Positions 1 through 54,438 of a stretch of 64,000 nt of DNA are shown one piece after another. The stretch spans positions 3,782,001 to 3,846,000 of the forward strand of contig CM035360.1 of the NCBI GenBank assembly GCA_020137815.1, written 5' to 3'. The DNA is from Hormiphora californensis. Its lineage: Eukaryota; Animalia; Ctenophora. The position numbers were made by a program, and so were the translations under genes. How positions within the stretch are numbered: the stretch's first letter is position 1; every line of letters begins with the position of its first letter. A model generated the notes under the pieces. It made no database searches. It was not told the DNA's origin and was given only the letters and a program-made list of their open reading frames with translations.

Positions 1-1165
1 ATATCAGGTTGATGTATATCAGGAAGGGCTATTGAAAATAGAGAGCAGAATCGAAGAGAAACACGTTTATTTAATCTGAAATAAACTTGTTTCTCTTTGT
101 CATCCGGCTCTCCGGTGGAAGGTGAACCAGTCCTGTATAGAGAGCAGAAACTGTAAAATGTACAATGACGGAATACAATAGGCCGGAACAAGTGATTTAC
201 AGCTTTGTTGCAGATATGTCAACAAAGCTGTACACAATTATCAAGAAAGAAAGGATCACAGGGGAGCTCAGAGCGTTAGATGGGTAGCCATGACAACAGT
301 TAGAGGGTGCCAGGTGTGTGTGTGTGTGAGAGAGATGATCATAGGAGTGGGATCGAGTTTACAATCTCACATGATCACTTCATCATGGTGTTAGATGTGA
401 AAACGGGTGATAATGCAATCTACAAGCAATACACAGGATAGTGCTATTCTTCAGCGGGAAGTCTGATATATATTAAAAAGTTTATTAGCCGGAATCTCCC
501 CAATCTCTCTCACCCCTTCTCTCTCTTCCACACATTATTGGCAGTTCCTAATTTATGTGACTGCCACGTTGCACGTCTCTATGAATATATCTAGCACATA
601 CGGGGAGGGGGGCTGCCGCAACAATCTCATGTCTCATTTGTGATTTTCAGGGTACCACCCACATACACATCACCTGCATTATGCAGGGACATGAGTGGGA
701 TATAATGTAGAGTCTAATTCATATATTCATAACAAGGACTACAAAATAAATCAAAATAAATCAAATCTTTCTGTGCATTATATCTTTACCTATGTAAGTC
801 CCCTCAAGCTTGATTTCTTTGAGAATAAAAGCACTTTATAAATGTGACGTCAAATCTCTGATCACGCTCTGGACTGCAATAATTTGGCAACAATATTTTG
901 ATTTTCCTCTGGGGGAGACAGGAAGAAAGAAAAGAAAGGGAGAGAGAGAGGTTCTCATTATATGCAATCAAAAGCCATACCAAATCAGCTTTTGTCTTTC
1001 AATCCAATTCAGTATGCAGGCAGCATAATGTGCAAATCCTATCTTAAAAACCAAACAACAAACTGATGTTTTGTTCAAATCCGGGGCGCGGTGAGAGTGG
1101 GTCTACCTAGGGAAATGAACTGCTATCAAACGACTCTGGACTATAAACAATGAAGCCTCTTTGGT

Positions 1166-1171
1166 CTCTCT

Positions 1172-1225
<54 letters not shown>

Positions 1226-1326
1226 CTCTCTTCTCTCTCTCCTCCTCTCTCTCTCTCTCTCCTCCTCCCCCTCTCTCTCTCCCTCTCTCTCTCCCCCCCC
1301 CCCTCTCTCCTCTCTCCTCTCTCTCC

Positions 1327-1376
<50 letters not shown>

Positions 1377-1419
1377 CTACTCTCTCTTCCTTTCTCTCCC
1401 GTTCCCTCCTCTCTCTTCT

Positions 1420-1455
<36 letters not shown>

Positions 1456-1573
1456 CCCCCTCTGCTCCCTCTCTCTTCCTCTCCCCCTCCTCTATCGCTC
1501 TCTCCCCTCTATCCCCCTCTCTCTCTACTCCCCTCTCTCCCCTCTCTCTTATCTCTATCTCTCTCTTTTTTTC

Positions 1574-1610
<37 letters not shown>

Positions 1611-1678
1611 CTCTCTCTCTCTCTCTCTCTCTCCCCTCTCTCTCCCTCTCTCTCTCTCTCCTCTCTCTCTCTCTCCCT
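1166..1678. repeat. (CT)n/(AG)n degenerate microsatellite
   Basis: Direct dinucleotide run; accounts for the spurious LS/RE ORFs at 1103-1834. Confidence 0.97.
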
Positions 1679-2862
1679 CATGTGGTTGAAGTACAACAAA
1701 CAGTATGAGTGTGGTTCAAGATATATAAAAAACACTATCTCACACATGTGTGTGTGTGCAGTGCAGTGCTTACACACACAGTTAGATATGTGTCCACTAT
1801 AATACCGCTCCAGCTCTATCAATAACACCGACACACAAACTCACAAACTGACCGACGCACGAAATCACACACAGACGCATAAACACACCGCTGCAAAAAA
1901 CCAAACACACAAAATCAAACACACAATCAAACACACAAAATCACACACAGAAGCTGGACGCACAGCCATGTAAAATATCGCTGCTAAGTCGCACTTTATG
2001 GCCCAATGATCAGGAACATTATGCATTATAATGATATTGGATGTTCTTGCTCTCTCAGGCCAGTGTATTGTCTCACTGCACTCTTATATTCAAGACGTTA
2101 TACGTGCCCCTCATAGAGCTACTACATACACATTTTAATGTACCTTTAGGCACTTTAACACAGCCAAACAAACAAAGTTCTTTAAATTATATTATGGAAA
2201 GCCCACGATTGACTCTATCGTTAGATTAATTGTGCACTGTTTACAATAACACGGTGGCCTCAGCCTCGGAAAATGAACAAACCAAGTGACACTTGCACAT
2301 ATAACTTATAACTCATGGGACACGTCTGAACAACCCCACACATTGACATACACGTGTGTCTATAAAAGTGACGGCTAAATTATAACGCAACCCACTGCAG
2401 TATTATTACCATGCTGCACACTTGTTTAAAACATGCCCAATACACCGTGGAGTTACATGTATCCTATCAATGGCATGACGTTGCCTGTATAAAGTGCATC
2501 ACTTCAACACACAAGGTGCAATGACTTGCCCTGCCTCGACCCTGGTTAGAACATAACAAGCAATGACCCTGTTGCAGCAGAGGATCTGATCTTATACAGC
2601 TTCGAACAACCTAACGTGAGTGATGGTGACATTCCAACAAGTCATTCCTGTGATCATGACCTGCTGGACTTTTAATAAGAAACCATTTGGTAGCTGATGA
2701 AATTGGATCCTCCATGACATACAGGAGATATAGAACTAATGCCATGTGGTGGCCGACCGAGCAGGACCACCGACCATCTGGCAGCTAAAAATATCGAATT
2801 ACCTAAACTGAATGGGCTTGTTGCGATGATGGATATAAGCCTGTATGAGTAATGAGGCTGTA

Positions 2863-2925
2863 TCGGACCCCGATTTACCGGGATCCTCGGATCAATCGGA
2901 GACCGGTAAATCGGGGTCCGACTGT
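2863..2925. mobile_element. Short MITE of the CAGTCGGACCCCGATTTA family (Tc1/mariner-pogo-like)
   Basis: tcggaccccgatttaccgg...ccggtaaatcggggtccgactgta inverted repeat; same termini at ~26891, ~52716 and 60034. Confidence 0.75.
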
Positions 2926-3101
2926 ACACGTGACTGCTGCAACACAATGAAAGCAATAAATGTACCGAGGTTCTGGGTAACTGTTGAGTAATTAGTGCGT
3001 GGAGTAAGAAAGGAAACATTAAGGCATTAACAGAGGATAAAACTTTGTAAGCTGTAATGTATAAAACATTCAATTAAAATTAAAACTAAAATGTACAGCC
3101 G

Positions 3102-3742
3102 TTATTGAAGGCCATGTCTTTGGAGAGCTAACTGTACCTTGTCAAAGTCTCTACCCTCTCTGATAATAGTAAAAGTATTGTCAGTAACTGAAATGCTAAA
3201 AACAGTACTTGCCTGAGGCTTCCCTAAATGCCCTCCATCCACTGTTAAGTCTAAATCTTCCCATAAATCCTGGAAATCTTGGACTTGAACTGAGTTACCG
3301 GTGTTCGATTTGTTTCGCTGAGGTAAGGGCAATTGGTTTTCCCACCGACCTACACAGGTCTAACACGAACTGGTGATCGGGAATTCGAACTCCAAGTGTA
3401 GAGCAGGTTGGATTGAGATGAGGATTCAGGTCGGGGATACAGCGGGGTAAAACAACAGTGATCCCACCAGGAAGAAGATCGGAGAGTAACGACGAAAATT
3501 CCCCAACTTGGACGCATTTTGTGAAATCTTCAAGTTTTTCAACACAAATTGCAAGAGGTTTTGAAAAGTCTCGCCCTTTAATTTTGTAAATTTTGGATAC
3601 AGCATCAGTGTTTTCGGCCAGACAGCAAATACCGTAGATAGTATCAGTGGGAATTGCCACAACTCCTCCTCTCAGTAAAATTTCGGTGGCTTTGTTTAGG
3701 GCCTCTTGACCTTCCTTAAACACCCTCTCATGATTAAGCCAT
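3102..3742 (-). CDS. YRDC: Threonylcarbamoyl-AMP synthase (YRDC/Sua5/TsaC family), intronless, with two apparent +1 indels
   Basis: GGVVAIPTDTIYG, IYKIKGRDFSKPL, GVRIPDH, PIALTSAN(KS), VDGG, ASTV, IIREG motifs. Removing one T near 3735 gives ATG(3742) GCT AAT CAT; removing one A near 3314 joins ORF 3295-3723 to ORF 3102-3332 as TSANKSNTG. Confidence 0.9.
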
Positions 3743-4344
3743 CAAAGCTAAAATATTCGGCTCTATCGTAAGCTTTTAGGTAGTGTTTCATGTACTCAGC
3801 ATATCGAGATCACACGGCTATCATCTTGAAAAATGAAAACACAAAACTGAAAAATAAAAAAGACGATTTTTCGAACCAGCGCGATCGGATCTCAGATTCT
3901 ACTTGCGCGCATTTTATTTTGATTTATTGCGCGGCGCGTGTTTTGCGCGTGTAAAATTTTTGGCAAAATTGGTTAATTTCTTTTTTTCCTTATAATTGGA
4001 ATTAATTAAATCTAATTAGAGTAGTAGACTGAAACAACAATTTAAACAACTTCCAAAACTATGTGAATACAAATTGAAACAGCCCAGCCAAAAACTCGAG
4101 AAAGTCAGTCTATCAAAATTAAATTCGAGTAATGTCAATGTGCGGTCACAGTGACACAGTACAATTCCCTTTCGATAATCCACCGATTCTCACTTCTCAT
4201 TCATCTTGAATTAGAGTAAGATACAAAAATATACTCTCATCCCTTTCAGTTTTTACTCTTTTCTCGCCTGATTATCCCAGTCAATTATTTAATATCGTCC
4301 CCCTTCCGGCGAAACGAGGAAAAGAGAGGACCTCCCATCTATCT

Positions 4345-27104
<22,760 letters not shown>

Positions 27105-27909
27105 CTAAAGGTGTCTTTTAGAAAAGAGAAGATAAAGAGAGAACGAATGAGAGAGGTAGGGAGGCGAAACTGCGAAAGGGGAAAGAACTGTCAGAGCATT
27201 GGCCTGAGGGAAAGAAAGAGGGAGTGAGAGAACTAGCCGATTTATACGAAATGAAAAGAGACGCTCATGATATCAAAAAAGTAAGAAGATAATGACAGTT
27301 CGGAGACAAATCTTTATTATGTTCGACATCGTAAGGATAAAGTAGGCATTTCTGAAATGAAATTTCACTAACGCATATGAACCTCTATATAGTGCTCATT
27401 GGATAGCGACAGATTCTGCATATATTATGTATGGTCGAGAAGGCAATTACAAATTTTAATTTCGTCACCCAAGAACGTTTTCAAAAGAAGGCTCAAGAAT
27501 GACCAGTATACCTATACTAGTAAAATACTGATAGCATAGGATTGTTGCCAGATATGTTTCTGTGACCTGATGTAAATGTAATGGGGGAGGGGGAGGGACT
27601 AGATTGGAACGGAAACGAATGATTCTAATTCAACCCTGTGTAATTACGAAAACCACAAGGTGCAATTTACACTCCTATCACGTGTCATTGTGGGTATGTA
27701 GAAGTTGGTATCGAAGACACCTCACACTCGCCGGGCGACCTTCGCGCGCACTGGCAAGGGGTAACTTCGTAACCAAATGTAGAGGTGAGTTTAGCCAAAA
27801 CGGGTTTCATATTCCCTGTATCAGTGTGTGTAGTATTATTTGAGACTGAAATCATGGTTCATTGACTTCGACATTGCACATCAAGGGAAACTACGTCATT
27901 CGCTACCAT

Positions 27910-28022
27910 CAGGAACCGACCGAAACAAGTAAACAACCAATCAGAACTCGTTATTTAGGTCACGTGACTGGTTATCAGCCAATCAGGGACAAGTAGGTAT
28001 TTCATGATTCGGTCGGTTCCTG
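27910..28022. mobile_element. hAT-like MITE (CAGGAACCGACCGA family), reverse orientation
   Basis: Reverse-complement copy of 7127-7235 with a small insertion; no TSD evident. Confidence 0.8.
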
Positions 28023-29457
28023 CTAAAACTGTGACAGAACTTGACAGAACTCCAAAAACTAAACACAAGACGGTTTAAACACACTACCCCGTGTAGACTT
28101 GTATAACAAATACCGGGTGAGTTCACAGCTAGTGTTGTATGACTCTGGATCAAGTTACAAGATAGGACATGTCTCAATTTCAGAGGCACCCGGCCCCTGA
28201 AAATTGAGTTGTTGCATACCCTATGAGATGCTAGCCACGTGGAACTATATATTATATCATGTAGGGAACATGAACAGCGATTCGATTTTGCAACTTTATC
28301 AAATTTCAAGTTCAGTGCTCGTGGTAAGTCCTCTTTGAGCAGAAACACAAAATCATATACTGATATTGCAGTTGTGAAATTTCAGTGGCTGTCAATATCA
28401 ATATTGCATGCAATCTTGCAGTATTGGGTGGGACACTAAGTTGGGCACGTCGCGCCCCCCATGTTCGCGCGCCCGTAGGGCGATCCCCTCACATAGGGGG
28501 CACAGTCACGACTAGGGCACTCGTAGAATGCTTCGTTCTGCTAAACGGCGCTAGTTAGGTATACCATCAAGCAAATTTTGTACTCTATTCGCTGTTTCAC
28601 AGGCAAGAAGTGTGATTTCATGCGAAGTTTTGTTACACCGCGTTTTCCTCTTTCCCATAAATGTATCGTGTCGCACTGTTCTGAACTTTCTGTAGGTCGT
28701 AGTTTTGTCTTTGCTGCAGGCCCTTAGAACGGGTTAGAGGATGGGTCCTGGTCCGCATGGCATAGTGCGCAAAATATTCTTGGCCTATGCTACAGGCCTA
28801 GAAGCCGTGGAAAACGCGCGCACTTGGGGTCTGCAGCGCATGCCAAAAAATATCTTTTGACTTTTCGAGTTTCGAAAAAAAAAAACCGCGCAACTTTTTC
28901 AGTTCGCCCCGTCACGATTCACTTTGAAGATTCTTCAGCGCGCGCAATTTCTGTCCAAAACAAGCGCGTTTGTATATTTGCGCGTCCGATTTTCTTAATT
29001 AAGCAATTAACGATTAATTAAACACTTTAGTTGGTCAAATTAGGTAAAATTGTGTCGGAAAATGATAAATGTATCACTCTTTTTAAAGTCAAATGTCCCA
29101 AAAAGTCCAATCATGTTTGAAATCATCCAACTTTGAGAGTCGATTCCTCTGTCCAGAAATCGTTTCTGGCTTATCCACCTATACGTTGCACCAGTCAAGG
29201 GATTCTCTACCTGGGAAAAAAAGATGGTTACTTATAAAGCTGTCGTTTAGTGGGACTAAGGGTCGGGGGAAGAGAGGTCAAATTAATTCAAATGGCCGTC
29301 AGTTGAAGACCAGAAGAATAAGAGACAAATCCTTCGACACGAAGGTGTCAAATTGTCTCTCTAACATATCCCAGAATTTTGGATTTTATGGATATTCCGT
29401 TCTCCCGTAATTGCCAAAAAACCGATTTGAGCAAATCGGCGATTACGCCACGGTTTT

Positions 29458-29557
29458 NNNNNNNNNNNNNNNNNNNNNNNNNNNNNNNNNNNNNNNNNNN
29501 NNNNNNNNNNNNNNNNNNNNNNNNNNNNNNNNNNNNNNNNNNNNNNNNNNNNNNNNN
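29458..29557. other. Assembly gap (100 N)
   Basis: Run of N; adjacency across it is not sequence-supported. Confidence 1.
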
Positions 29558-30071
29558 CTTTTGAACATATTCACACACAGTCACATACAGACTCACACAC
29601 ACACACACAGACTCACACACAAACACAACACGCTCACAAAAGAAGAAGAAAAACACAAATTTATATTTTACATGTGTACTGATATAACTCTCTCTCGCAC
29701 ACTCATCGGCCCACAACACAACTACGAATAACAAGAGTGGCGGATTCCAAATCCTTCTGTCAGGCCAATATGCTATGACCACGGTCCGGGCCAATGTTCT
29801 GACAGAAACCCTTGCTATAACATACACCTTGTTGAGTAAGCTAGGGGGAAGAGTTCCCCCTTACTCAACAACATCTACCAGGACGTGTGTTTACCATTGG
29901 TTAGCCTACAATTCTACAACAGCAGACAAATTCCATCCCAATATTGACTGTCCCCTACAAAGTCGCAAACCATCACAAAATCCTACATCACGCACACACA
30001 CACCCTCTAAACGACAACAATTCAAAACAAATCCTTCCCCAAGTCCTATATTTTCCCTCACTATCTTGGTA

Positions 30072-36395
<6,324 letters not shown>

Positions 36396-38034
36396 ACAAG
36401 ACACACCCCACCGTGTCTTGAGGCTACCTTGAAGATTTAAAAGGGTTAATTATTTATACAGAAGATGTAAAATCAATACGTTTGCACTCGTCACTCGGCA
36501 GGTCACTTTAAAAGTTGTCCTGAACTCTGAAGCGCCTCAACTCACGGTCCGAAAATTCGTGTTCTCTTAACTTTGGTTGTGGTTAACCGAAATCATTTCA
36601 CATTATGTGTAGTTAAGATTTTAATAAAGGTATGAACGTTTAGACTGTGATGTAGGCTAGCAATCGGGCTTTGGCAGTTCGCAGTCAAAGTTGGCAAAAA
36701 TCGGAGTGAAAATCACAAAAAGAGATGAAAAAGAGCTCGAATTTTCAGTTTATTTTTTAAATTTCAGTTTTCGGGCCGCGCGAACAGCTCTGCGCGTTAA
36801 AACTTTGCGCGCTACAAAATTTTGCGCAAAAATCTCTGAATTCAAAGCCTTCGCGCGTTACAACAAGTCACCGCTATGTAAACAAGCTAGGAAGTGGCGA
36901 GTTCAGCGGTAGATTATATCCCGAAAAAGAATGGCCAATGGTGCAAACTCACCATTCACACACTCACACGCCCTTAGCCCCAATTGTATCTCAATTAAAT
37001 ACACTCGGTATACACGTACAGGTATTTCAATATAAGGGGCTAATTACCTCCCATATCCGCCTTGGACTCAAACTACTATAACAACACACTATTCGCTCAC
37101 ACAAACCCTCCCTCCATTTCTCTAGTCTCCATCTTGCAGAGAGAGAGAGAGAGAGTCACACAGACAAACACACACAGATGACACCAGGTGGAGTATTTGA
37201 TCCACTTCAGAGATTGCAAGAGAGGAGAGAGCGGATTCCTGGATAAGGATTGAGTTACAAGAAGGAGAGAAAGAAAGGGAGAGAGATATGAGAGAAGTAG
37301 AGAGAGAGCAGGGAAGCTTTGAGATGAAATATTGAAATGTAAGAGAGAAGGGTCGTGGTTGAGAGTGGAAGGAATGTGAAAGATTTGAAGGACAGTGAGA
37401 ACTGAGGGAGCTTTATCAAATTGGGATTTATCAAATTGGAAAATAGTAGAAAAGAGAGGGGAGAGAGATTGTGACGTTGCGTAAGTTCTTACTACATATA
37501 ATGCCAGTTCAGTTCATTAGCTTGGAAAAGAGAGGGGACTGGGGAGAATAGAGAGAGTCTGGAAAAGAGAGGGGAGAATAGAAATAGTTTACATACGTGA
37601 CGTCATAGTTAGAACCTCCAGTAAAGTTCAAACAATAGAACTTCTCTGTAAACAAAACATGAAACAGACAAACACAGTATAACACAGAGTCTACTGCACT
37701 GAACAATAGTTTCCATATTTTCATGTGGCTGCCTAATCAATGCATCCGAATTATCCAGGCTAATCAATGCATCCAGGCTTGAACTGTTTCTGGTTCAAAT
37801 CAATAGAGGGTTCGACCCTATGGGTTGCGGCCTTATTAACGCCTAAAAAAGAGTCTTAGCATCTTCAAATCTGGGTGTGTCTTTTGTTGGTTTGGTTTGT
37901 TGGTTAGTCACGGTTAGATGGGTCATTGTTAGTGTTCATCCTGGTGTTATTTTGTGGGCATGGTAGGTGAGGGTAAACAGGGCACCAACACAAACAAGTG
38001 ACGGAATAGGTCATGTGTCAAGTATTAACTCACT

Positions 38035-38238
<204 letters not shown>

Positions 38239-39587
38239 TCTCACAGAGTCGTGATACATGCTTGGTGATTGAGGTGAAAGGAAATGCAATCACCACAATT
38301 ACTTGTCGGCCTGGTAGTTCGAGTCTACTGTCTACAAGCAATAAAATATCAAGACATCTTTCGATCTTCACCTTGATACAAGCAATTAAATATCAAGATA
38401 TCTTTCGATCTTCACCTCAACACGGAGATATCTAGCAGTAGCATGTAATGTTCGACCCTCTCCACGCCCCGGAGGAGAATTAGAACATAACAAGCAGAAG
38501 CTACTGGTGATTGGAGATTGGAGATTTGGAAAGCTGCCAGGAAACGACCCCGTTACTATGAACTGAAAAGCTAGCGGAATTAAGTTGCATAATGATAGTT
38601 GGAAATATAGTGATAATGTAATCATTGAGTTATATTTCGAGATATGAATTATGAAAATATGCTAGTTCGGTAGAATGAAAACATTATCCTCTAATATATT
38701 ACAACTTGCCTTGCTCGCCCCCTTTCCCCCACGCCCCGCGATAACAAATTACAACAATGAGAAGAGATTGGTGGGGCCATCGGCGTGGCTCGGTTTTCAA
38801 TAGAATAGTCGCCGATGACCCCACCAACCCCTCATGACTGTTGTACATAATATTATTACAGGATAATATGATCATTCTGCGGAACGAAACATATAATATT
38901 ATCGTTTGTAATAATAGTTAATTTTGTCATGTCATGATATTTCCCTAGTGAAAATAATGCTTTTCTAGCCACAGATTCGATCAAATACTCCGGGATTATT
39001 AGTCAGAGCAAAATTCATTTCGCTAGGGGAATCTAACAAACCCCAACACGCAATGCAAGAAGTAAATCCATAATCAAGTCACTGGTTGAATTGTTCACAG
39101 ATCCAGGCGACTGAAACCACCGGACATCATATTTTTCAAATTGATAGGCATTTGGTTTTTTTTCGTTGAAGGAAATAAAGTAAAATAATTCTCAGGCAAT
39201 AAACTAACATTTCACAATAAGTTCTCTCTCTCTCATCAGTATGTACATCTTTACATATACACTTGAGAGTTTCTGATAAAATAATAACACTTCATTCTTT
39301 CTCCCTACTCACACGTCCTCTCTGAACTCTTCACTTCCTCTGATCTCCTTCTCTCTCTTTCCATCTCTCTTCGTTTCAAACCACACAAAGAAGAGGAAAG
39401 ATGGAAATTCCCCTAACCACATACACAGTTACCATGGTATCCAAAACCACACACACTCATGGTAACCATGGTAACTGGTACTGACTTATAAAACACTACT
39501 AAACATAACACTACAGATAAATTGAGTGACGACTAGAGTTCTGCAAACCGATATACTATAGTCTCTGAGCTGACCCCCAATCAATAA

Positions 39588-52871
<13,284 letters not shown>

Positions 52872-53411
52872 AACTTGAGGCCCTTAAACAGTGATACAAG
52901 TCAGATTACAAAGATAATTAACTCAATTTACTAATTCAAGATTTACTAATAAGATATACTAACAAGATAACTGGTCACATACATTAAACAAAGCTAGGTA
53001 GTTAGAGAGAGAGTAAACAAGCATCATAGACCATCCTAGACTGTTACCCGTTACGTAAGTATGGTGCTAAATAGTTGTGACCAACATTAAACATAACCAT
53101 AACCATAACAAGACCTGATCTGTGCGACAACATCATTTTTGTTTTGTTTATCTAAAGTGCAACAACAAGTAGCATGTAATTGATGACTAAATCAAGAGTT
53201 TTAAAATGTATAGGTACGTGACTGGCTGGGAGGGGAGAAAGACGGGGGAGGTCGACCGGTATGCATTCTAAAGTGTGTAATATAATATGACAATGACATT
53301 GAACTTCAAGATTGTATCGAGATGTGGTCATAACGCTAAAAAAGGTGAAAATTGCCGTTTCGCTCTAGCTAATCTCATTCTAAACAAAACAAACCACAAA
53401 ATAAGTATTAA

Positions 53412-53990
53412 ATGTTCTATTATCTAACCGACAAAGTGCCAGCGTGTGAGGGTGTGGATAGCTTGCGTTTTACCAGAGCCAATGCTGTTCCGGATGAGTT
53501 CAGGCTCCAGTACCCGAAACTCTCAAGTGTCAACACTAATTCTAAATTGAGGAGAAGGCGACCTTCTGTATTTCTACCCAGTCTGTGGAACGAACTTCCT
53601 TTGGACATCAGATCTCTTCTGTCTGTTGATTCCTTCAAGACAAGACTTAAGACCCGACTCTTCACTGAGGCTTATGGCGTAAGTACTTCCTGAAGGCTTG
53701 TATCAGTTTTTTTATCTCCAGTGTGTTTGGAACAGTTGTATCGGTTTTTATTTTAAGCATTTTTTGAGGGTTTGAAGCATGAGTGGACAGAGTGTGAAGC
53801 AGTGTGAATTTTGTTTACCAAGGATTCTTTTTGGACAGTTTATCATTATATGTCAGTTATTTTCTTCAGTTTTTTCCCACGATATGTGAGCCGTTGTAAG
53901 TCAGTTATATTCCATTATGGTCTTGATAGAGTAAATTTTTTCCCTAGCTTTGTATCCCGCTCTGATTGTCTTTCAGTGGCAGCAGTTATT
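53412..53990 (+). mobile_element. 3' fragment of an L2/CR1-group LINE
   Basis: PSLWNELPLDIR..SVDSFKTRLKTRLF, the conserved ORF2 C-terminus (compare PRLWNVLPQTIR..FKSKLKTHLF in the adjacent element), followed by a T-rich 3' UTR. Confidence 0.8.
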
Positions 53991-54438
53991 CAATTCAATT
54001 CAATTCAATTGTTACATTTGATACCCCGCAAATTGACTCAATATAGCTAAGAGATAAACGCAAAAAACAGAGAGAAAAACTCATAATTAAAACGCCAGAG
54101 CTCTTAAGCCAGCCTTCTTATGCGGCAGTCCATACAGAAACAGTAGATAGATAAAAGTGGGTACACACTGAGGGACCGTGTGAATAAGTTAATTAAAATA
54201 GATATAATTAAAAAGAAGAATTTAGAATTCCAATCATAAAAAGAGTAGATTAATAATTAATAGTTAATTCAGTAGATAACGGTGTAGATAAGCTATACGA
54301 TTACTTGGTTAAAAATATATGATAAAAAATCACTGCACTCAGTATAAAAAGGGGCTAGACTCGGAACTCAGAACAGAACAAGACACGTAAAACAAGACAG
54401 ACAATGACTAGACAGATCTCTACTAACAAAGCTACAAA

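Noticed and set aside
1103-1834. RE-rich and LS-rich ORFs (also at 11024, 33081, 37967, 47954)
   Set aside because: Translations of (AG)n/(CT)n microsatellites.
28436-29457. Probable DNA transposon next to the gap
   Set aside because: Composition suggests a mobile element but the other end is lost in the N gap, so TIR and TSD cannot be confirmed.
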